Part shown: positions 24,804 to 32,000 of the stretch, piece by piece | Numbering within the stretch: position 1 is the stretch's first letter | Layout: the number at the start of each line of letters is the position of its first letter | Assembly (NCBI GenBank): GCA_964426185.1 | Contig: CAYRPF010000004.1 | Location: forward strand, 33,544-65,543 | Reading direction: 5' to 3' | Origin: an uncultured archaeon | Lineage (GTDB): Archaea > Asgardarchaeota > Lokiarchaeia > Sigyniarchaeales > Promethearchaeaceae | Length of the DNA stretch: 32,000 nucleotides | Notes under the pieces: generated by a model | The model's database searches: none | Seen by the model: the letters and a program-made list of their open reading frames with translations, nothing else | Told to the model about the DNA's origin: nothing | Position numbers and translations under genes: made by a program

Positions 24804-27733
24804 TGAAGTTAATTCAATATACCCTTAACGATCTTAAGCGACAACGTGTAAAAACTATATTTGCAATTGCGGGTGTTTTTGTTAGCATTTTTTTACTTAC
24901 AGTTGTTGGCTCTTTGTCTGATTCTCTGAGTTTCTCTTACTTAGATCAAGCAACAAGTGAATCTGGCTCTGCAGATATTGCAATTACAAAAATTACCACG
25001 CAAGATTATAATTATGATCCATATTTCTCTGAAAATGTAATTCTTGAAAAGCTCGCTACTGGAATTCCCGAAATTGAAGCTTTTTTTCCTCGCATATGGA
25101 ATATTATGCGAGTCGAAAAATTTGATGAAGAAATTAACTTAAATGTCAGAAAATCCATAATCGGATATGGAATTAACACCACAGTAGAACAAGAAAGCGG
25201 AGAAATGGGTAATTTATGGCTTTGTGAAAACAATCCTTCATATACGCGGACGGAAGAAGTATTTGAAGGACCAATTCGCGATGGAAGTGTTTTACTAACT
25301 CGTGGTGCGGCAAAATTGTATCATGCCAAAGAAGGTGATGAAATTACCGTAACATTTGGTAGTGAAACGCGTACTTATATAATTCAAGCAATAGTTGAGC
25401 AGGAATTGCGATTTTCTCGTTTAGAATCCACTTTGATCATATTTGAACTTCCTGCAGCTCAGGATTTAATGAATCAAATTGGTAAAATAAATTCAATTCA
25501 AGCAATTCTAAAGAATCCTGAAAATTTCTACGATACTCGTAATATCGCTGCAAGTTTGAGTAAAATCCGCTTAGTTGCGGAACAAGTTCAAGTTCAAATG
25601 GGTTTTGAATATCAAGTTTCTTTACCAAAAATGGAGCAAGTGGAAAATATTGAGCAGCAATCCACTATGATGACTATCACTTTCTATTTTATTACTGCGT
25701 TTTCAATGTTAATAACTGGGATTTTAATTAATTCGATTTTGATGACTTCAGTTGAAGAACGCATTCGTGAATTTGGAATTTTGCAAGTTGTGGGAGGAAA
25801 ACGGAAATTTACTTTTAAAATGGTTCTTCTTTCGGGTTTTATAATTGCCTTTACTGGAACGTTTCTGGGTACATTTCTCGCAGCATTTACTGCGCCACCA
25901 ATTTTAAACTGGATGTTCGAATACTTTAATTTATGGGTCATTCCAATCAATTTTCTAATACTTCCTCAAACTATTATTCGATCTTTACTTATCGGTGTGA
26001 TTATTACCAGTGGAATTTCTATTTTTCCCGCATTTAGAGCCAGTCGTTTAGTAATTGCAGATGCAATAGATCCGGCTCGTCGTAATGACCTTGGTGAAAA
26101 ATACCGAATTAAGAAAGAGGGATCAGCCAATTTAAAACTTATTGGAATTGGTTTTGGCATTGCATTGGCTGGCATTTTTATCTTTTTGGTTGTGCCTCGA
26201 TTACTTTCAGGTTCGGGAGGCATCAATCTAACTAACTACGTGTTCATGATTGTTTTGCTATTAATCTTAATTGGATTGGTGCTGGCTACAATAGGATTTG
26301 TGCCAGTTCTAGAAAAACTTATTGGATTGCTTTTCAAGCCTTTTATATCTCGCTATTATCCGATTTATCGCATCAACTTGGTTAGATACCGTCGACGTAA
26401 TACTGGTAATATTTTAATGTTTGCGCTGACATTTGCATTCATCTTTTTTATATCTTCAATTTTAGAAATGAATACTGCAAACAATTCGGTTTTTTTTGAA
26501 TTCCAATATGGAGCTGATTTGGTCATGTCAAATACCGGCACACTTGAAGCGGATAATGCCATGGATATGGGACTTTTCTATGAACTTGAAGAATTACCGG
26601 GTATTCGAAGTGCTGCACCCTTATTATCCAATAGTCCCATTGATTTTGCAAAAATCACTTCCGCAATATTTAATGTTGGAGAAGAAGGGGTGGATGATAT
26701 ACTGAGTTTCAGTGAAATTTTCGGAAGTATTCCCAAATTAACCACCTACGCTGGAGATCTCGGTGATTATCATAATTATTACTGTAATATTTTTGGAATT
26801 GATGATAATTTTTACGATACCGTTGACAGAGATATGTTATTATGGGATGAAGGGGGAAATAATGAATTAATCAATGAAGTTATTCAATCTTCAAAAAAAT
26901 GTATCATTGGAAAGAGTTTAGCTGATGGATTAGGGATTAGCACATTGCCTGCCCAAATTAAAATTTCTGTATTCGATCCTCAGCAAAATGATGATGATCC
27001 CGATAAAGGTAATATTACCGTTTTTGAAGTTATTGGTATATCAAAGGGAATACCTGGAATTTGGAATTTCCGTTCAAGTGAAGCTAATTTAAATATGGCT
27101 CCAGGAATATTACTAAACACAGAAGATTACTGTGAAATCATGAACTGGGGTGATCCTACTTCAGAAGATACAATTATTGATAAGGTTTTAATTAATGTGG
27201 TAGATAATGATTATGAAAGCGTAAAAGACATTCAAAACTATGTAAAAAACTATTTTTCGGAAAATTACAAATTTATATTGGATGAACCTGAATCACTAAT
27301 TCAGTTTATGGCGAGTGCTAATAAAACTTCTAATATTGTCATGGAAGTGATACTCTTTTTCAGTATCTTAGTAAGTCTTTTTGGTCTGATTTCATCTATG
27401 TATTCTACTATTATAGAACGGATGTTTGAAATCGGGATTTTACGCGCTATGGGTATGAAGCCATATGAAGTAAGATTAATGCTGATGGCTGAAGCAGTGA
27501 CTGTAATGATTTCTTCTGGATCATTGGGAGCAATTATTGGATGGTTTATTGCCTATCTTTTACAAACAAATGTGGCATTGCTCACTGAATTACCAGTAGT
27601 TACCACAATCAATATAGGAACCTTAATCTCTACTTTTGCAGTTTCAATAGGAATCAGCATAATCGGAATGTATTTTATTACTCGAAAAGTTCATAAAATG
27701 AAGATTATGGAAGTATTACGACAAACATTTTAG
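24803..27733 (+). CDS. FtsX/MacB-like ABC permease (tandem), paralogue of 12907..15774
   Basis: SVEERIREFGILQVVGG, IIERMFEIGILRAMG and the same topology. Start placed at the ATG of the TGATG overlap with the peptidase stop; the ORF track starts at TTG 24800. Confidence 0.9.
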   Translation: MKLIQYTLNDLKRQRVKTIFAIAGVFVSIFLLTVVGSLSDSLSFSYLDQATSESGSADIAITKITTQDYNYDPYFSENVILEKLATGIPEIEAFFPRIWNIMRVEKFDEEINLNVRKSIIGYGINTTVEQESGEMGNLWLCENNPSYTRTEEVFEGPIRDGSVLLTRGAAKLYHAKEGDEITVTFGSETRTYIIQAIVEQELRFSRLESTLIIFELPAAQDLMNQIGKINSIQAILKNPENFYDTRNIAASLSKIRLVAEQVQVQMGFEYQVSLPKMEQVENIEQQSTMMTITFYFITAFSMLITGILINSILMTSVEERIREFGILQVVGGKRKFTFKMVLLSGFIIAFTGTFLGTFLAAFTAPPILNWMFEYFNLWVIPINFLILPQTIIRSLLIGVIITSGISIFPAFRASRLVIADAIDPARRNDLGEKYRIKKEGSANLKLIGIGFGIALAGIFIFLVVPRLLSGSGGINLTNYVFMIVLLLILIGLVLATIGFVPVLEKLIGLLFKPFISRYYPIYRINLVRYRRRNTGNILMFALTFAFIFFISSILEMNTANNSVFFEFQYGADLVMSNTGTLEADNAMDMGLFYELEELPGIRSAAPLLSNSPIDFAKITSAIFNVGEEGVDDILSFSEIFGSIPKLTTYAGDLGDYHNYYCNIFGIDDNFYDTVDRDMLLWDEGGNNELINEVIQSSKKCIIGKSLADGLGISTLPAQIKISVFDPQQNDDDPDKGNITVFEVIGISKGIPGIWNFRSSEANLNMAPGILLNTEDYCEIMNWGDPTSEDTIIDKVLINVVDNDYESVKDIQNYVKNYFSENYKFILDEPESLIQFMASANKTSNIVMEVILFFSILVSLFGLISSMYSTIIERMFEIGILRAMGMKPYEVRLMLMAEAVTVMISSGSLGAIIGWFIAYLLQTNVALLTELPVVTTINIGTLISTFAVSIGISIIGMYFITRKVHKMKIMEVLRQTF

Positions 27734-27747
27734 CTTTGTTTTGTAAT

Positions 27748-28638
27748 TTAATTTTCTTCTTCTAAATCAAAATCTTCATCATCTTCTTCAAATTCTTTGA
27801 TATTTTCATTATCTTTCTTCCGTCGCCGAAAAAGATGATGCTTTGGCTTGTAGAGATTACGAGAATCAAGAGGGTTGGCAACCAATATCTTTTGCTCCAT
27901 TATTGAATATCTTAAGAATAGGTGATTTTTCCAAATTACTTCAAGAGATTGATCGAAGGGATCTAATAAAGCATACGAATAACGAAATTCAGAATGATTT
28001 TTGCCTCCAATTCGAATTAATTTATCTATACATACAATCAGTCCGCACGAGGTTTTCATAAAATTCGAGTAATGAAAGTGACCAAAAATCATAAGAGATG
28101 GGCATAATTGGTCATAATATTTTCGAACCATAGGTGATCCTGTTTTTGAGAGTTTTTGATGTGTTTTAAAATGAAGAGTATCATCTAATAGTCCATAAGG
28201 AGGACGGTGAGACAAAATGATATCAAAACCATCATCACGGGAAAATTCTGGATGTTTCGGATTAGTATCGTCTTCTTCTCCCTGGTATTGATAATCAATG
28301 GGGAGAACTTTCCAATCATTTAGGTAAAATGGTTGCTGATCTTTCATCAAATACATTTTTGGAAAATTCCACCAATTATCGGGTTGAGTTAAATCTTCAT
28401 TACCCCGAAGATGATAAAGTGGAAAAGGAAATTTCTCAAAATAAGTTAAATCGTTCCATTCGTTTTTTACCTGGGTTTTTAAGTTAGGATCAAAATTACG
28501 ACCAGACCAAAAATCACCTAAATGAACTGCAAAGTCAATATTTTCCTTTTTATCTACCTGGTAGAAAAAATCTGTCATTTCTGGAATTTTTGCATGTACG
28601 TCACTAATTATCAATATTTTTCCAAGTTTCTTTTCCAT
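27748..28638 (-). CDS. Calcineurin-like metallophosphoesterase
   Basis: ISDVH, HLGDF, RGNED, SHRPP, FGHFH; the tail is basic then acidic. Confidence 0.88.
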   Translation of the reverse strand: MEKKLGKILIISDVHAKIPEMTDFFYQVDKKENIDFAVHLGDFWSGRNFDPNLKTQVKNEWNDLTYFEKFPFPLYHLRGNEDLTQPDNWWNFPKMYLMKDQQPFYLNDWKVLPIDYQYQGEEDDTNPKHPEFSRDDGFDIILSHRPPYGLLDDTLHFKTHQKLSKTGSPMVRKYYDQLCPSLMIFGHFHYSNFMKTSCGLIVCIDKLIRIGGKNHSEFRYSYALLDPFDQSLEVIWKNHLFLRYSIMEQKILVANPLDSRNLYKPKHHLFRRRKKDNENIKEFEEDDEDFDLEEEN

Positions 28639-28751
28639 AAATTGTTACACCGTAAGAGAAATCTCATAACAATATTGATCGATTTCGCTAAGCTTATACA
28701 AATAAAGAAAAGCTGATCCTAAATAAGGGCTTGGGAAATTGCAATTTTGCC

Positions 28752-29438
28752 TTATAAATAGGGGAGATAAATCTGCACCCACAAAATGGAATCAAAAACA
28801 CCATGAGCCACTATAGCTGTTACTAAATCTCCTTTTTGAATTAACACAATACCCCCCAGAATTAAACCGAAAACGAAATAATAGGACCAAAATGTCACAA
28901 AAGTCATCCATGGGACTATCCCCGGAAATACGTGATAAATCATAAATAATGCACTACTCACTACAATGGCCCAGAAACGAGACTTATGTCCAATCTCTTT
29001 CATAATTACGCCGCGATAGAGAAATTCTTCAGATAATGAAACTGTAACGAACATTAAAATTATACCAATAACAATAATTGTCCAAATTAAGAAAGGGTTG
29101 GGCGGTGGCGGTGGTGGAATTGTATTTACCGAACCGGCTACTGCATTGTGATAAAATTCTTCTCCTTTCCATTGAATTATCAATTTTCTGATTGAAGATG
29201 CCATTAAATTTCCAAGGAAGTAAAATCCAACTCCTAAAAGCACTCCGAGAGAAATATCCAATAATCGCAATTTCCGTGGCCGGTTGAGTCGTTCATTGGG
29301 AATAATTCGATGGCGAAATTCGTATTTCAAATCTTTTTTTTGCATCTTAAAAATTACCAGTGGTATCAAGATAAAAAATAATTCTCCAATGCAAAAAAGG
29401 AAATAGAACATTATAGTTTGCGCAAGATCCAAACCCAT
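28752..29438 (-). CDS. CPBP family (Abi/Rce1-like) intramembrane glutamic endopeptidase
   Basis: EEFLYRG, FMIYH and AHGVFD motifs among multiple TM helices. Confidence 0.88.
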   Translation of the reverse strand: MGLDLAQTIMFYFLFCIGELFFILIPLVIFKMQKKDLKYEFRHRIIPNERLNRPRKLRLLDISLGVLLGVGFYFLGNLMASSIRKLIIQWKGEEFYHNAVAGSVNTIPPPPPPNPFLIWTIIVIGIILMFVTVSLSEEFLYRGVIMKEIGHKSRFWAIVVSSALFMIYHVFPGIVPWMTFVTFWSYYFVFGLILGGIVLIQKGDLVTAIVAHGVFDSILWVQIYLPYL

Positions 29439-29462
29439 TATTATTATATGAGGAACAATGGA

Positions 29463-30467
29463 TTAAAAAGATACGGGATGTAAAAATTGCTGTTGGACAC
29501 GATGAAGGATTTCTTTTCGAGAGGAGAATCCTCGGGGACCAGGTTGTTCAATTAAAAAAGACGATGCAGCCGAAGCAAGTGTTGCACAACGCATTAAATG
29601 CTTTTTGGCCAAATTCGATTCTGGCGACTTTGTTGATTTTACTAATTCTGTCAACAAAACTGCCATAAAACAATCTCCTGCTCCTGTTTCATCTACACAG
29701 CTATTAGGGTGAAAAGCACTGAGAGAAATATGTGAACTATCTGGATGATAATACAAGAAACCTTGCGCTCCCATTGTAGTAAAAACGTGTATGCCTAAAC
29801 TTCCTAATTTTTTCGTGGCAGATGGAATTGATGATTCATTTGTTAGATAAAGGGCTTCATCCCCGCTGGCTTTGAGGATAAAACGATTTCCCAATAAGTG
29901 AAAAATAGGAGAGAATTCTTTCCATACATGATTACAGTCTTTTGAAATTAATAATCCATCTTCATCAAAATCACGAATAATTCCTTGAACATCTAAACCA
30001 ATTATTGTATTTTGTAATAATTTATGTTCTGCAATTTGATGTAGCGTTTTAGATGAAATTTCTCCTGCTATCGGCGTGAAATGAATTGATTTTGCCGAAA
30101 ATAAGAAATCTGGAATATCTGATATAGTAATTTGAGGGGCTTTTTGTTTTAGCCGTAATCGTCGCACGGCCCCATCATAATATAACTCGTAGGTTGTAGT
30201 CTTTGCGTTTTTATCAACAATCACCCCGGAGGTATCGATTTTTTTTTTATGGAAGGGTGTTAAATGAGCTGGATCAAAGTCATTTCCTATTTTAGAAACA
30301 ATTGCAATATTTGCACTGGAATCAAAGTTGGCTGCCGCTAAACTCCCATATGTAACTCCACCTCCCAAAGTACGCGGCTGATTTTCATTATGGGAATTAG
30401 ATCGGTCATGGAAAATATAATCATACGCAAAATGACCAATCAATCCTAAGTCGAAAGTTTTCGGCAT
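29463..30467 (-). CDS. PfkB/ribokinase family carbohydrate or nucleoside kinase
   Basis: GHFAYD, LGGGVTY, SKIGND, LDVQG and the C-terminal signature VDETGAGDCF. Confidence 0.9.
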   Translation of the reverse strand: MPKTFDLGLIGHFAYDYIFHDRSNSHNENQPRTLGGGVTYGSLAAANFDSSANIAIVSKIGNDFDPAHLTPFHKKKIDTSGVIVDKNAKTTTYELYYDGAVRRLRLKQKAPQITISDIPDFLFSAKSIHFTPIAGEISSKTLHQIAEHKLLQNTIIGLDVQGIIRDFDEDGLLISKDCNHVWKEFSPIFHLLGNRFILKASGDEALYLTNESSIPSATKKLGSLGIHVFTTMGAQGFLYYHPDSSHISLSAFHPNSCVDETGAGDCFMAVLLTELVKSTKSPESNLAKKHLMRCATLASAASSFLIEQPGPRGFSSRKEILHRVQQQFLHPVSF

Positions 30468-30559
30468 GTTACAATATTAAGAAGTGGGTATAAACATTAA
30501 AATTATTCATCTCCATACGTTACACACGAAATTTAAAATTAAGAATTAGTGAAAAAACT
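30468..30559. promoter_or_regulatory. Divergent promoter pair (PfkB kinase / MEMO1)
   Basis: Minus-strand TTTATA at 30494-30489 ends 21 nt before ATG 30467. Plus-strand CGAAA-TTTAAAA (BRE+TATA, 30527-30538) ends 21 nt before ATG 30560. Both spacings fit leaderless mRNAs. Confidence 0.5.
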
Positions 30560-31489
30560 ATGGTGTTAATTAGAAATCCTGCTGCTGCAGGGCAATTCTA
30601 TGCCCGATTTAAGCCTGAATTAATAAAATCAATTGAAAAATGTTTTAACGATTCTGAATTTGGCCCTGGAGCCCCTTTAATCATTGGCAATGCTCCTGCT
30701 GATCAACCGCGTCAAGTTCTTGGAGCTATATGTCCTCATGCAGGTTATATTTACAGTGGACCTGCTGCTGCTTATTCGTATCAATCGATTTTTAAAGAAA
30801 GAGTTCCCGATACAGTAATTATCTTAGGTACGCAGCATACTGGATATTATCAAGTTGCTACCATGATTTCGGGAATTTGGAAAACCCCATTAGGACAAGT
30901 CAAAGTGGATGAGGATGTTGCTAAAACTCTCGTTCAAGATAATTCACCGATAATTCCGGATGATGCTGCTTTCAATGGATTTCCCCATGGACGGGAACAT
31001 AATATTGAAGTTCAAATTCCGTTTATTCAATACGCTACACTTCAAGCCAAGAAATCCATTCAAATTGTCCCTCTTAAAATAGGTTCTATGGATGCATCTC
31101 TTCTAGAAAAGGTAGCTATAAAAATTGCTGAAGTAATTCAATCTTCTTCAACCAAAGATATCGCAATCATTGCATCATCGGATATGACACATTATCAGCC
31201 TAGAAATCCGTATTCACCCAAAAAGGAAATTGAGTTAAACCAATACGAACGAGATAAGAAAGTGATTTCGGCCTTTGAAAGTTTTAACTGGAGGGATACT
31301 TTTAGCAATGCAAAAAAAACCACAGTTTGTGGACCTCAAACTATAGCAACGCTCATGATTACTGCTGAAAAATTGGGTTATGGGCATCCACATGCATTAA
31401 AATATTATACTAGTTTCCAAAAAATGGGTGAACAAGTTCCATGTGATTACAGTGTTGGCTATTTTGCTGGCGCCATTTCAAACACTTAA
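30560..31489 (+). CDS. amrB: MEMO1 family protein (AmmeMemoRadiSam system protein B)
   Basis: RNPAAAGQFY, PHAGYIYSG, WKTPLG, EHNIEVQIPF, SSDMTHY, VCG, SVGY. Confidence 0.92.
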   Translation: MVLIRNPAAAGQFYARFKPELIKSIEKCFNDSEFGPGAPLIIGNAPADQPRQVLGAICPHAGYIYSGPAAAYSYQSIFKERVPDTVIILGTQHTGYYQVATMISGIWKTPLGQVKVDEDVAKTLVQDNSPIIPDDAAFNGFPHGREHNIEVQIPFIQYATLQAKKSIQIVPLKIGSMDASLLEKVAIKIAEVIQSSSTKDIAIIASSDMTHYQPRNPYSPKKEIELNQYERDKKVISAFESFNWRDTFSNAKKTTVCGPQTIATLMITAEKLGYGHPHALKYYTSFQKMGEQVPCDYSVGYFAGAISNT

Positions 31490-31502
31490 AAGATAATATG
31501 TC

Positions 31503-32000
31503 TCATTTGGGGGGAAGAGTATAGTAGTGTAATTTATTTTTTTGCCAATCTCGAATAATTAACTTGCATACTTCATCTTCATTCACCACACCCCCAGCTT
31601 TCAACCTCCCATATCTTTTCCCTATTTTTTCAATAATTTCTGATAATTCATCTTCGGGTTCTAATTGTATTTTGTATGTTTGTTCAAATTGTTCACGCTT
31701 AATTAGGGTGTAAATTGCCTCAACCACGGCGAGAGGGTCTTCTAATTTATCAACTACCATACAAGATTTAATGGCCATTTCTTTCTCGTTTGTTTCATCG
31801 ATAGGTATTACTCCAGGAGTGTCGATTAAATACATCTTGTTGGTTAGTTTGATTTTTTGGATAACTCGAGTAAATCCCGCCTTATTGGAAACTCCCGCTT
31901 TTTTGGTTCCCCTTGTGAGAGCTTCAATTAATGATGATTTACCCGTGTTCGGATATCCCACAATAAGTATATTTGTATTGGAACGAATGACCGTTTTTCG
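31503..32000 (-). CDS. Circularly permuted YlqF/RbgA-family ribosome-biogenesis GTPase (C-terminal part; 5' end outside window)
   Basis: The frame is open to base 32000 (RKTVIRSNTNILIV-GYPNTGKSS), followed by AGFT, LIDTPGVIP and the C-terminal helical domain (GRLKAGG...IIRDWQ). Confidence 0.9.
   Translation of the reverse strand, partial: RKTVIRSNTNILIVGYPNTGKSSLIEALTRGTKKAGVSNKAGFTRVIQKIKLTNKMYLIDTPGVIPIDETNEKEMAIKSCMVVDKLEDPLAVVEAIYTLIKREQFEQTYKIQLEPEDELSEIIEKIGKRYGRLKAGGVVNEDEVCKLIIRDWQKNKLHYYTLPPK

Noticed and set aside
859-28716. Short ORFs overlapping or antisense to the main genes (e.g. 859..1065, 3484..3684, 9679..9969, 10104..10355, 15778..16191, 25012..26705, 27843..28061)
   Set aside because: They lie on or across well-supported CDSs and carry no motifs; treated as shadow ORFs.
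28752-29438. CPBP protease as a CAAX processor of the local Rab-like GTPase
   Set aside because: None of the GTPases ends in a Cys motif, and CPBP proteins are widespread in prokaryotes without prenylation.
1-32000. rRNA, tRNA, CRISPR arrays, IS elements or integrases, defence systems
   Set aside because: Intergenic gaps are all under 300 nt and AT-rich, with no cloverleaf, repeat-spacer pattern, or transposase/integrase/nuclease motifs seen by eye. A covariance-model scan would be needed to exclude small ncRNAs.

Overview
AT-rich, gene-dense archaeal chromosome segment, most likely from an Asgard archaeon (Lokiarchaeia/Promethearchaeota-like). The assignment is inferred from a TATA-binding protein, TATA/BRE-type promoters, an ADP-forming acyl-CoA synthetase alpha subunit and several eukaryotic-signature proteins. 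I call 20 CDS (the last runs off the right edge) and see no rRNA, tRNA, CRISPR array or mobile element. Two blocks stand out. (1) 219-11778 is a small-GTPase signalling neighbourhood. It holds a stand-alone folliculin/SMCR8-type longin protein with the D-x-x-A-R-G arginine-finger motif, a three-gene minus-strand unit (GvpD/KaiC-like ATPase, Rab-like GTPase with DxxS in place of DxxG, longin-Rag-like GTPase-roadblock fusion), a second Rag-like GTPase fused to a winged helix and a longin domain, and a divergent TBP. Together these resemble a prokaryotic parts list for the eukaryotic Rag/FLCN switch; that functional link is inference. (2) 11869-27733 is a tightly coupled ~16 kb operon: a MacB/LolD-type ABC ATPase with an extra winged-helix/PCI-like tail, two paralogous double-FtsX permeases, and between them a 1338-aa membrane-anchored surface protein and a 1663-aa membrane-anchored subtilase with a cytoplasmic 4xCxxC zinc domain. 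The remaining genes are an Ldh_2-family dehydrogenase, two hypotheticals, a metallophosphoesterase, a CPBP protease, a PfkB kinase, a MEMO1 homologue and a YlqF/RbgA-type GTPase. All family calls come from motif recognition by eye; no searches were run.
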